A stretch of DNA of 64,000 nucleotides from Octopus vulgaris. Taxonomy: Eukaryota. The stretch's first letter is position 1; each line of letters starts with the position of its first letter. Location of the stretch: contig OX597826.1 of the NCBI GenBank assembly GCA_951406725.2, forward strand, positions 11,222,001 through 11,286,000, written 5' to 3'. A model generated the notes under the pieces. That model made no database searches. It was given only the letters and a program-made list of their open reading frames with translations, and had not been told where the DNA came from. The position numbers and the translations under genes were made by a program. Shown in pieces: positions 27,564 to 41,278 of the stretch.

Positions 27564-28266
<703 letters not shown>

Positions 28267-28279
28267 CAACAACAACAAT

Positions 28280-28425
28280 AGTTTCAAATTTTGGCACAAG
28301 GCCCGAAATCTTGGGGGAGAGCGCAAGTCGATTACATCTACCGCAGTACTGAACTACCTATTTTATTGACTCCGAAAGGATGGATGAAAGGAAAAATCGA
28401 CCTCGGGAGAATTTGAACTCAGAAA
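28280..28425 (-). mobile_element. Meta-domain-type SINE (family B), inverted partial copy
   Basis: The reverse complement contains ttctgagttcaaattctcccgaggtcgatttttcctttcatcc...gggccttgtgccaaaatttgaaac. Confidence 0.7.
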
Positions 28426-28655
28426 GTAAAAATACTCCGTCCGGTATAACGATGATACCTACCAGATAAATAGGTAGATTGATAGCCAAACAGCCTATAG
28501 ATAGATAGACAGATAGCAAGATAGATATAGAACTTGAAGGGCTGCTGACATTTTGCTCATTTAATATCAGAACAATCGTCATTTGCTAAAGTATTCTCTA
28601 GATCCTAGGTATTCAGTTAGCTTTTATAATAACATGAAATGATTTGCATTATATA

Positions 28656-28952
28656 ATTGTTTGTTCCTTCTCGAGCCATGCCTGCCTCATAAGGGCCGGT
28701 TTCTCGGTTTCCTTGGCGTATAGGTCGCCCACCTGGACGGGATGCCGGTCCGTCGCAGGTGAGATGCAAGAGGAAAGAGTGAGAGAAAGTTGTGGCGAAA
28801 GAGTCAGCAGAAGTTCGCCATTACCTTCTGTCGGAGCCGCGTGGAGCTTAGGTGTTTTGCTCATAAACACACATATCACCCGGTCTGAGATTCGAACCCG
28901 CGATCCCTCGACCGCGTGTCCGCTTCTCTAACCACTAGGCCATGTGCCCCCA
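28656..28952 (-). mobile_element. tRNA-derived SINE related to family D with a different 3' half
   Basis: Head ggcacaTGGCCTAGTGGttagag...gGTTCGAATCtc; shares the centre with 12686-13003; tail cctgcgacggaccggcatcccgtccagg...gaaaccgagaaaccggccc. Confidence 0.75.
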
Positions 28953-29004
28953 TGCATTATATCCGATATACAACAACATACCTGCAGAAAGTGAAACTAC
29001 TCAC

Positions 29005-29211
29005 CTGAAAAATAAGGGTGTCTGACAATTCCTTGTAGATGGCTCTCGTAGAGAGTGGCCCCTCGAGGGTTGCATCCAGCACATGTGATACCCTGGTTGC
29101 CCAAAGTACATGAGGACTTGCTGCATGCTACAGATGTGAGTGATGACAAAGACGGGTGGCAGCTACTGAATGCGCTGACGGAAGTGTTGATGGCTGCAGC
29201 GGCTGCTGAAC
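29005..29211 (-). CDS. Dbx: Dbx internal exon upstream of the homeodomain
   Basis: Acceptor ttttcacttcccag|GT TCA GCA; donor TTT TCA G|gtgagt at 29004. The exon is 207 nt, phase 1-1, and encodes (G)SAAAAAINTSVSAFSSCHPSLSSLTSVACSKSSCTLGNQGITCAGCNPRGATLYESHLQGIVRHPYFS. It splices in frame to the next exon (G+CA = Ala). The YESHLQGIVRHPYF segment resembles the pre-homeodomain motif of vertebrate Dbx. Confidence 0.88.
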
Positions 29212-29452
29212 CTGGGAAGTGAAAATTGAAGAAAATATTAATACAGGTATCAGTACAATGGCTCCGTTGTTTAGGTAACGGACGGAATGGTAATTGGGGT
29301 AGTGAGAGAGGTGGGAGATTGGGTGGATGTGCAATAAAGATTCGACTCTTTTTTATTGTGTGTGTGCGTGTGTGTGACAATGCACCCGTGTGCAATATTT
29401 AGAATTTGCTTGTTTTGGTTCAGGTATCTGTTTGTACACACGCATTTCTTCT

Positions 29453-29498
<46 letters not shown>

Positions 29499-29679
29499 TA
29501 CACTAGCGCACACACACACACACACTCACATACACAAGCGCACACACAAATATACACATCACAAATATTGAAACGTATAAATCACTTTGGTAAAGAGCTC
29601 GATAAACATGACAAGAAGCGTAAAATGATTAGATGTAATGATTGATGACAAGAAAAATTTGTCATGTGTGTGTATATAT

Positions 29680-30024
29680 ATATTGCTTATAAATTTTACA
29701 TCTGGATGGACTCATATTAAACTCTGTTGGACTTTTGGATTTTACTCAAAAGATATTGGAATATTACACTTATATATCATTATGCCTATAAAACGGATTT
29801 ACGAACTCAATAACCGTACATATCTTACATCTATTTTCTTTCCTCCACCCCACTCTCTATTTTGTATCACATCGAAACTAACTATGACTTAATTTTCCCT
29901 CTCACACCGTCTCCGATGAAGGGATATTATTAATTAATATCCTAGAAACAGCTGTAAGACCTTCTATCTATAAATGCTCTACTATCTATACAGCCTTGTT
30001 TTTTTTATCTCATTACGCAAAAAA

Positions 30025-30028
<4 letters not shown>
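29680..30028 (+). mobile_element. Penelope-like terminal-repeat remnant carrying a hammerhead motif, in a Dbx intron
   Basis: A unique ~350-bp segment between (TA)n tracts that contains the motif at 29909-29960. Confidence 0.55.
29909..29960 (+). ncRNA. Putative minimal type I hammerhead ribozyme (core variant CCGAUGA)
   Basis: GUCU-CCGAUGA-A-GGGAUAUUA-uuaau-UAAUAUCCU-A-GAAAC-AGCU-GUA-AGAC, giving helix I GUCU/AGAC, a 9-bp helix II, palindromic helix III ACAGCUGU and a GUA cleavage triplet. Confidence 0.7.
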
Positions 30029-30061
<33 letters not shown>

Positions 30062-30434
30062 CTGTCTCTTCGTGTGTGTGTGTGGCGTGTGTGAGAGTGT
30101 ATGTGTGCATGTATGTTGTAATATCTACTTTTAAAAAATCGGTTGGGTAACATAAACATGATTGCATACTGTACAACAGTTTAAAACATTTAATATCATT
30201 TCTCGGCTGAAACCCCAATGGCAAGCTACTTTCACTTTCATTTCCTTCAGGTCAATTTCCAAACCATTTCATGCAATCACATATGCACTTCAGTTACATT
30301 TATAGCTTTGTGCCACAATGGGAAATTTATATGTGTACCTTCAGGTAACACATTGTACACACGCATATGTGTGTTTAAAGCGCGCGCGCACACACACACG
30401 CGCACACACACAAACACACACACACACAGCGCGA

Positions 30435-30475
<41 letters not shown>

Positions 30476-30607
30476 TAAATTAGAGATAAAACCACTATTA
30501 GGCAAATCAAACAATGAAAAACATAAGCCAATACATAAAATTAATTAATTTATATTATTTTAAATATATATCAAAAGTATTAAAAGTTTAATAAAAGATA
30601 AAGAGTG

Positions 30608-30681
30608 AAACACTACGATCGTTTCATGGCTGTACAATTCGTAATAATTCGAGTTATGGTTACAGTCAATCTTCAGGTTAA
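30608..30681 (-). ncRNA. Putative hammerhead ribozyme with degenerate helix I, in a Penelope-like remnant at about 30473-30695
   Basis: Minus strand aac-CUGAAGA-uugacugua...uacagccau-GAAAC-GAUC-GUA-guguu, with palindromic helix III ACGAUCGU. It lies on the Dbx sense strand. Confidence 0.5.
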
Positions 30682-30690
30682 CTGAAATAT

Positions 30691-30729
<39 letters not shown>

Positions 30730-30750
30730 CATAGGCGCAGGAGTGTGTTG

Positions 30751-31060
30751 CAATGGGAAATTTATATGTGTACCTTCAGGTAACACATTGTACACACGCA
30801 TATGTGTGTTTACAATGGGAAATTTATATGTGTACCTTCAGGTAACACATTGTACACACGCATATGTGTGTTTACAATGGGAAATTTATATGTGTACCTT
30901 CAGGTAACACATTGTACACACGCATATGTGTGTTTACAATGGGAAATTTATATGTGTACCTTCAGGTAACACATTGTACACACGCATATGTGTGTTTACA
31001 ATGGGAAATTTATATGTGTACCTTCAGGTAACACATTGTACACACGCATATGTGTGTTTA
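30751..31060. repeat. Five perfect tandem copies of a 62-bp unit, with a sixth copy at 30316-30377
   Basis: The unit caatgggaaatttatatgtgtaccttcaggtaacacattgtacacacgcatatgtgtgttta starts at 30751, 30813, 30875, 30937 and 30999. Confidence 0.95.
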
Positions 31061-31089
31061 AAGAGCACACGCGCACACACACACACACA

Positions 31090-31228
31090 AGGCGCAGGAG
31101 TGGCTGCTTGGTAAGTAGCTTGCTTACCAACCACATAGTTCCGGGTTCAGTCCCACTGCGTGACACCCTGGGCAAGTGTCTTCTACCAAAGACCAAAGCC
31201 TTGTGAATGGATTTGGTAGACGGTAAAA
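31090..31228 (+). mobile_element. SINE family A, 5' part
   Basis: aggcgcaggagtggctgcttggtaagtagc...gggttcagtccc...ggatttggtagacgg. Confidence 0.8.
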
Positions 31229-31254
31229 GAATATATATATATATATATATATAT

Positions 31255-31273
31255 ATAGCAAGTAAAACGGTAA

Positions 31274-31335
<62 letters not shown>

Positions 31336-31384
31336 GGCAAGCAACAGGTTGCTTATCCACATACCGAAAAATTAGAAATAGTAG

Positions 31385-31426
<42 letters not shown>

Positions 31427-31441
31427 CAAGTAAAACGGTAA

Positions 31442-31500
<59 letters not shown>

Positions 31501-31587
31501 GGCAAGCAACAGGTTGCTTATCCACATACCGAAAAATTAGAAATAGTAGGACTATATATATATATAGCAAGTAAAACGGTAAAATAA

Positions 31588-31627
<40 letters not shown>

Positions 31628-31685
31628 AAAGGGCAAGCAACAGGTTGCTTATCCACATACCGAAAAATTAGAAATAGTAGGACTA
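31255..31685. repeat. Three tandem composite units with variable (TA)n spacers
   Basis: [agcaagtaaaacggtaaaata-(TA)n-aagggcaagcaacaggttgcttatccacataccgaaaaattagaaatagtaggac-(TA)n] repeated three times. Confidence 0.92.
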
Positions 31686-32844
31686 TATATATATATATAT
31701 ATATAGAAAAACTTACTTGGAGAAGAGAAAACAATGTGTGCGTTCGGTCATATAATAACAATATAATAAATAAAACAAATGCATATATATATATGTGTAT
31801 GAACGCTCTCTAAAACGTTTGTTAGTTGATACCTTTCTTGCCACATGTAAACATGTAATCTCACAATCGCGTATGTGTGTGTGTTTGTGTCTGCGCCGTC
31901 GCGCGCGCGCGTGCTAGTGTGAGTTTACATGTTTGTATGCGGCAAAAAAGGTATTGGCTATCAAGCGTTTTGGAGAGATATTTCTTCAGTCGTTATGCTA
32001 AATTGTTACGCTATCTCGTTTATAATAGCTGTAGTTTAATATAGTACCATTCTCAGTATATCTTACAAGCATTGACGAGGTTTAAGAAGACCAAAATATG
32101 TTCGGAGTTACCAATGTAATTATCAAAGACCAGATTTAATTAATATTAGTTCTCGCGCAATTTTTGTGTTCTCACTGCATGCGTAATGCAAATTTTTAAT
32201 AGAATTTCGGCGTTACATCCCTTTATCGTAGCCATCTTTCATGGAACCTATATTTCTCCCTTATTTGTTCACTACACTAAATATGCTAATACTTACTCAA
32301 CAATTTTGTGTCATGTAGGTGGTGTCCGCAGGTAATATCTCTCGGCTGAAACGCCAAGACATTCTAAACGATTGTTCCATTGGAACCCTGTAGTGAATAC
32401 AAATACCTAACGATGTTACTGTTCCCCATTGCATGCGATATTGCCTTTCATCCTGCTTGAAACAACAACTAAGTACTCTAAAACAGCACTGTACTGTCAA
32501 CAATGAAATTCTTAATATAAGACAGTCAACAATGAAATCCTTAATATAAAAAATATCCACGATATAAATGTCCAAGGATTAATTGTCTCGAAATACATAC
32601 AATATCGCTGCTCGACTTCCTTGAAATGGAAGTCAATTATCCCTCAAATAAACCATATTATGTTAAATAAAGAACATCTCTCTTACGGAAAGAAGGACAA
32701 TGAAATTTTTAAAGTACAAAACTTCATGATGGCAGCCGCTAAAACTCCTTTGCTTATCTGCGATTGACTAAGGTTTAAACAACAAAATACAGCAGTAATG
32801 TCTGCATTTAAGAAAATATATATAGGGAAAAGTTTTGTACTCAC

Positions 32845-32886
32845 CTTGCCAAATTCTTGTTGGAATTACCGTTGTATGGATGCCAT
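32845..32886 (-). CDS. Dbx: Putative 42-nt Dbx small exon (phase 1-1)
   Basis: Polypyrimidine tract and acceptor tgttttctttctattgccag|AT GGC ATC CAT ACA ACG GTA ATT CCA ACA AGA ATT TGG CAA G|gtgagtac. It is open in the phase needed to join 29211 and encodes xGIHTTVIPTRIWQG. Confidence 0.65.
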
Positions 32887-33530
32887 CTGGCAATAGAAAG
32901 AAAACAGGATTTTCTGATCAATTACAGGCGTGATAAAATCAAAAACAAACAAGACAGGTTATTCAGAGTACAAAGAAATTTATAATACACCGATACATCT
33001 AGTTACTGTCCTCAACTTAAGTGATTAACGCCACATCATTTCGGCCGTTGCTCAGGTTCTTTTTTAGGTGCCTGTCATATTCGACAACTTTTAGAGAATT
33101 CGGTGCCAAAATCCTTTATAAAATCTACCGGGAAGAATTGCTTTCCTCCCATAGTCAATAGAAAGAATATTTTACTATGATTTATTCTCCCACTTGTTAA
33201 AAAGTTTGCCCTTTTCTACTTATACAAGCGGTTATAATGTTTGATGGTTTGACTTACTCAAAGAATGAACCGACGCTTATCAGATAAAAACGATTATACT
33301 TAATACTTAATCAAGGATTATATTCATTATACATATGTCTCGTGCTATGAATACGTTAGTATACAATAATGGTAATTCTCCGTCTTAGAAATTCGGATAA
33401 AATTTCCGAAAAAGATATTATATAAGTATTGATTTCGAATACTGGCACATGATCAGAAATGTTGGCTATGAGCATATGCGTGTTTGTTTGTTAGTTTGCT
33501 TGTGTATGCGTGTATGTGTGTGTATGCACA

Positions 33531-33572
<42 letters not shown>

Positions 33573-33897
33573 GGTTGTCCTATGTTGGGGAACCTCAATT
33601 TTTTTTTTACACGAGGAAGAAAAATAGCGTAATCAACATATATGTACACACACAAACACACATATATATACTCATACACACATACACATGAATACTTTCA
33701 CAGGAGACCTTATTATAGATTAGTCATCAAATTCTGAGGTGAATTACATGAAATCTAAACTCTATATTCGTGGTTTTAGTAAACAAAATCTCTATAACAC
33801 CCTTATATATACTAATACTCACACACATCCAAACTCAGCCAAACATATGCGCACAAACGGCTGAGATACACACATATACATAAGTATATATACATAA

Positions 33898-33948
<51 letters not shown>

Positions 33949-33991
33949 TATATTTTTATATATCTGAGTGAATGTAAATATATACTTACGA

Positions 33992-34045
<54 letters not shown>

Positions 34046-34135
34046 TTATGCATATGAATATATCTGCTTATATACGTGCATGAATGCTTTCATATTTGTA
34101 ATATCTATCTATTATATACTACACACAAACACAAA

Positions 34136-34192
<57 letters not shown>

Positions 34193-34493
34193 TAGTCATG
34201 ATCCAATATTTAATGTAATCAGAATACAATACCAACAACATTTATGGATGATTGATGATGGTTTGGGAATCATATTAAAGGTAAGGAATGAAAAAAATAA
34301 GAAGCCAAATATTGTGAAAGTTCCTAGATTTCTTTCATGGAATCGATGGCATTTTGGGGGAAGCATCAAAGACGATTACCAGTTTTATTAGCATCTTCAA
34401 CTATAGTTGTAAGAAGAAGAAGAAAAAGAAGAAGGGAATGGGAGTTCACTAGGAAATGCAATGGCATTGCTTATTGTAGGGTATTATTCATAT

Positions 34494-34547
<54 letters not shown>

Positions 34548-35582
34548 TAATAACTTTTTACGGAATCGTTAGTTTTCGGGGAAAATTCCTAACAATATTT
34601 GATCCTTTTTCGCTTTCAGACTTCCGATTTTTACCGAAGTCCATTCTTAACCTTCTTGGGTCAACATCATGGGCTAAGTCCTTGAAATCTGTTGGGTATT
34701 ATTATTATTATTATTATTGGCAAGCTGGCAGAATCGGTAGCGCGACGGACAAAATACTTAGCGGCATTTCATGTTCAGAGTTCGAATCCTAGCGTGGTGC
34801 AAGTTTTTTGAGGTTCATCCCTCTTTATTTACCCCTACTATCAAAATTGTTGCCCTAATTCTAAACAAAAAAAAAATCAAATAATTATTAAAAATATAAA
34901 ACATTAAAATAATAGATCCTATTATGGTAAGTATGATTATTGAGAACCGCAGTACTGAGATGAGAGGCTTCGAGTAGTAGTAGTGGTAGTAGTAGTTGTA
35001 GTAGTGGTAGTAGTAGTTAAAGTTATGGTAGCAATGTTGAGGGAGCTTCTCTTGAAAGGTTTATACAATAGGACAGATAACACCGGTACATGAACATATA
35101 TCCTTCGTGAAAATGTCATGTTTTTCTATCAATAAATACTTAGAATTCTATATGAAATAATAGCAAGCTAAATTTCATTTATAATACGCCACTATATATA
35201 ATACGAAACATGATTTTGGGGTTGCCTGTAAAAACAACTATATTAAATAAGCTTTATTGCACAACTACTACAAGAGTAAACAACCTGCTGTAATAGAATA
35301 TATTAATTTCCGTAAGTTTATTTTATGTAAAATATATTGATATATAACAATAGTATTTTCAATAGTTTTATTGCATATCAATATTTTTTTTTTCACTGTC
35401 AGACTCTGCACTTTTAGTGAGTCCTTTTATTTGGTTGATGTTAGCCGTTTTTTATGCATGTAAAAATCTTCATTTTTAACTCGGAAACCGTAACGTTATC
35501 TCAAAACAAAAAAATATTTTTTATTATTTTATTTTTATTCTTAATAATAGTCGGTGGAAGTAAAAATTAAGTGGTGTAGCAC

Positions 35583-36087
<505 letters not shown>

Positions 36088-36263
36088 GTGTCCGTAATAC
36101 TAAAATTTGACCTTATTAGGAAAATGCATATTATGCATAGTTTGATGAGTGTTAATGATGGAAACTGACTGTTACCCCTTGCATCTCTCTGTAACTGATG
36201 TCGATTGATGACAATAATAGAATCTATTATTCATTGTATTATATCGGCTCGTTTCAAACCAAG

Positions 36264-36304
<41 letters not shown>

Positions 36305-36453
36305 TGTGTGTGTGTGTTCGCTGCACACTGACGCGAACTTCGAAGTCACTGTCAATAGTATTGTTTAAGAATATTAATTTTGTACTCTACAGAAGTATAG
36401 AGTAACCCCATCAGATTAATGTAAAATTTTTATTATAGCTGAGCATGCATGCA

Positions 36454-36523
<70 letters not shown>

Positions 36524-37327
36524 CCTGTCAGTCTGTCTGTCAGTCCATTTATGAATATCTTTACACATACACATACAGATATATGTAGTAGTGAGTTCAG
36601 TGGGATGCTTTTATTTTCGGATTGTGTTACCTCACTACAATAACTGCAAGTCAGAAATATATATCAAAGACTTTCTTTAACTAATATTTACAAATACCTA
36701 CGCCAGTTTTCGTCTTCGTATTTACTTAAAGTAAATAGCTAAAAGACAGGAATCTTCCGAGAGAAAAAGAAAGTCATCGCACTATTAAAACATCTCTAAT
36801 AACTCTTGTCAATAACCATGCCGACCATTACGTTTTTTTTCTTTCTCTCTTTCTTCCTTTTTTTTTTTTATTCTAGAGCCAATCTATTTACAGCCGAAGA
36901 ATCAAAGACCTGCCAACTACTTCAAGAACCATTCATAGTCGACGTTAAGTGACAGCTAATATGAAGTTGAAGTAGCTCCAATGATCCATCATTGCTATTA
37001 CAACTGATAGCCAATAGTGTAATATCATCATCTTTATTTCAGCTCTTAATTAAAAGCATCAGTTGCCAAATACTGTAAATATTTCTTTCAATTTATTTCA
37101 CCATTCTTGCTGTTCTTCTAATCTTCTTTCCCCATCCCCACCCTTTCCTCGCTCCCCCCCCCCATCGCCCTCTTCATAGATCATTTCAAGCTCGTTTCGT
37201 GTGTTCAGCATTTATAATCCTCCACTAACACTTAAAATCAATTTCTATCATTGTGATAAATGATTGTGTTCCCGTTGTTGTTGTTGTTGTTGTTGTTATT
37301 ATTATTATTATTATTATCGTTATTGCG

Positions 37328-37541
37328 AAGGCGGTGAGTTGGTAGAATCGTTGAAACTCCGGGCAAAATGCTTAGCGGCATTTCGTCTGTCTATACGTTC
37401 TGAGTTCAATTTCTGCTGAGGTCTAATTTGCTTTTCATCGTTTCGGGGTCGATAAATTAAATACCAGTTGAGTACTGGGGTCGATGAAGTCGACTAGCCC
37501 CCTCCCCCAAAATTTCAGACCTTGTGCTTCTAGTAGAAAGG

Positions 37542-37606
<65 letters not shown>

Positions 37607-38030
37607 GGTGGTGAGCTGGTCGAATTGTTAGCATGTCAGGCAAAGTGCTTAGTGGCATTTCCTCCGTCTTTATGTTCTGAGTTCAAATTCTGCCGAGGTC
37701 TACTTTACTTTTCATATTTTCGGGGTCCATAAAATAAGTACTAGTCGAGCCCCAGGTGCGATGGGGGTAGGGGGGGGGGGGGGGCAATGTAACCGACTCA
37801 TCCCTTCTCCCGAAATTGCTGGTCTTGTGCCAAAATTTGAAATCATTATTATTGTTACTAAGGTGGCAAACTGGCAGAATCGTTAGCACACCGTCTTTAC
37901 GTTCTAAGTTCAAATTCCGCTGAGGTCAATTTCCATTCCTCCAGGATCGATAAAATACAGCGTCTATGAAGTACTGGCTGGATGACATCAAATAACCCAT
38001 CCTCGCTCAAAATTACGTTGTACCTAATGA
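37328..38030 (+). mobile_element. Three head-to-tail Meta-domain-type SINEs separated by (TAT)n
   Basis: Heads aaggcggtgagttggtagaatcgtt (about 37328), aaggtggtgagctggtcgaattgttagc (about 37605) and aaggtggcaaactggcagaatcgttagc (about 37860). Confidence 0.78.
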
Positions 38031-39588
38031 AGAAACTATGGTTAGTTTTATCGTCAGTGGTATTACATCATACGCCTACAGGGCTCTTGATATCTAGAAT
38101 GTCATCAAGCGCTCAAAGCCCTCTACAGATGGATAATGCGGTAAAGAGCAGCCTCACGTTGGTGATCAATAGAAGTTTAGTGGTGGATAGAAGCAACGAC
38201 GTTGTTGAGGAGGCTTTGAGTGTCGATAAGAATAAACTGGTAAGCCTCTTTTGGAGGACTTTCAGGCTGAGGCCTATGGTTAATTTCTAGAAATTCCCTG
38301 GCCTGACTATGCTACTTGGATGGTGGACAATGTCTGTTCGAGATAAACTCTGCAGACTCAGAAGTGTCGGCAACTAGGCCTGCGCAAGATGCATGCAGGG
38401 TAACGAAACGGTTTTGCGCGCAGTCGTCCAATCTCCGAGAATTTCTGACTCGGGGACTTAATGTCGTATAGCTGCTATGTCGTGTAACACAGATTCGGCT
38501 ATTCAGAGAGTCCAATAGGGAGATTGTCCCGGCGCTTCTTTTTTTTTTGTTTGGTGGATGGGTGGGGGCCAGGAAGAGAGGTTTTATCTCTTGGCTTGTG
38601 GCCCTGTACAGTGGACGACACGTTTTTCTCTTGCCATACCCACATCAACTTTCTCAAATTACAATTTAAATAAGAAAATGAGAATGGAGAGGGAAGAGCC
38701 GCTCCCAGCAAATTTGTTGAAAGGAGAATGAAAATGGCGAGCATTACCTGAATAGATCTTCTCTGCGCATGCGCATGTAGATTGGAAAGGGACGGTTAGG
38801 AGGGAGCGCTTTCGTTAGTGGTCTGGGTGACCGTTCTATTGTAGGTTTTCCATGAGTAACCAGTGGAGGTTGTCTCTCCTTTGGACCAAAATTTTCTCTG
38901 TTTTCAACATTTTGTATTTTTGCTTTTGTTATTTCTCCTGTTTATGCGTTTTCCTTATGTAACCCCACACTTTATCGTCCTGTAAGTTCCTGAAACATTT
39001 TTCGTTAACCCTATGAGGTTAATAAAGAAAGTAAAACCTTGGGGGAACTTGCAGAACCAGTCATCCCTCTGCATTCGTAGAATAGAGGAGTCACTGCCAC
39101 TCGCACAGACCAAATCAGAAAAGGATATTACGTGCTAGATAACATGGGTTTACGACTGGACACAAGAATGGTGACCTTTTGGTATAGAATTACATATTGA
39201 TCTTTAAAAATAAATTATTCTAGTTTATTTTGCAACGGTATATGTAAATACATCATGTATAGTAGTACATCTACATATATATATATTACCTATAGAGGTA
39301 TATAAATGATTACTAAAATATCTAAAAAACTATATATGTATAAATCTCTCTCTCTCTGTATATAAATATATATGTATATGTATACATCAATATATTTTTC
39401 ATATATGTAAGTTTGTTTTATATTGTTTAATTCTTTTACCGATTTTACTCAAAGGACGGTTGGCATGCGAGGGCCTTATTCCAAATGGAATCTTATTTAA
39501 TCTTATTTCAGTTTTTATCGAACTACTGTGTTTCCGGAAATAGATACAAAATATCTATATAAGCATTCCTACTGAACACACACAAATA

Positions 39589-39686
<98 letters not shown>

Positions 39687-39921
39687 GTATAGATATCTAT
39701 GTGTGTATGAATAAACATGATATACATATATATATATATATATGTATAGATAGCTATGTGTGTATTAATAAACATGATATATATATGTATGTATGTATAT
39801 ATATATGTACATGTAAGAATTTTAATAACTCTTCACATATTACAAATTAACTTAACTAATTTTATGATTTTTGTTTGGGTTATGGCTAACAAATATAAGC
39901 ATACTGAAGTGGTTTTTTTTA

Positions 39922-40005
<84 letters not shown>

Positions 40006-40198
40006 GCCGCCACCACCACCACAACCGTAAATACTGCTGCTGCTGATGATATTGTTGTTAATAACTGGAGAGGACATAATTTTCATAATGTCGGAAGGAG
40101 CGGTTTACATATATACATACATATATGCATATATGCGGCATGTATGTCTGCATACATCTATGGATACCTATATACATATGTGTGTGTATGTATGTCTG

Positions 40199-40232
<34 letters not shown>

Positions 40233-40421
40233 CATATAAAAATTAGCGATACACATATTTTTATGGGCATGTAATTATTTTGAATATCCATAAAGTATTT
40301 CCATGTATGTCTTGTGTGAGTAAGTTGTGTAAATACGTGTAAATATAGGAGCGTGTTTCTGTCTGTATGTATGTATGAATGTATGTATGTATGTATATAT
40401 TTCTGTATGTATATATTTCTG

Positions 40422-40468
<47 letters not shown>

Positions 40469-41247
40469 GTATAAAGTCCATATGTACATTTATCTATATA
40501 ACTGGTGACGATAAGTCATTATTGTTAATACCAAAATTGAATATTAGCGGTGATGGTGGTGGCGGTATTGATGCTAGGGGAAGAGATGCCATTTTGTGAT
40601 ACCCAACATCATAAGAGAACAATCATCATCATCATCATCACTATCATCATCATCATCACCACCATCATCACCGTCGTCAACAAAACGTTAACGCTGCGTA
40701 AAGGAAGCTGCATGCTGCATGCTAAGAAGACGCCGCAGCAAACACATTGGTCGGTGTTCAAAAAGGGTGTTTAATATGGACGTCACGAAAGTGAACTTTT
40801 GTGTGACTATGAGAACCTTTCAAGAGATAAGCAAGATGTATTCCAGCAAAACGATGTTGAAGCTATACAGCAATTGGACACCAGCAGTGAATAAACAAGT
40901 GTTGACATCGGTGATGCAATGTGGACAATATGAAAGTGTTATCTCATTCAATATGACACTAATTCACTAATAGGACATATAAACACAATAAGAAGAACAC
41001 TGAAATTACACCGAGTGTCTGTGATCATAGCTACTGTTATGACTGTGATGTGGGTGGTGGTGGTGGTGGTGGTGGTAGATGGGGGGGTATAGTGATTGCT
41101 GTGATAATGAAATTAATGGCGTTAATCATGTTAACATTTAGTAATAATTAATGATGATGATAATGGTAATTGTTATTGTGAAAGAAGTGAACAATAACAA
41201 TTGAAAAATAAAGATTAATTGTACAGACGTGTAAATGTTTGTAAACA

Positions 41248-41278
<31 letters not shown>

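Noticed and set aside
30751-31685. CRISPR-like appearance of the tandem arrays
   Set aside because: The context is eukaryotic, there are no unique spacers (units are directly adjacent or separated by TA tracts), and there are no cas genes.
31700-31761. Minus-strand donor-like CAA|GTAAGT near 31716 as a possible extra Dbx exon
   Set aside because: There is no convincing acceptor or phase-compatible reading frame upstream.
34337-34792. 151-aa plus-strand ORF and nearby plus-strand GTAAG donor-like sites
   Set aside because: It spans AGA/ACT/TAT repeats and a SINE head, and has no homology I recognise.
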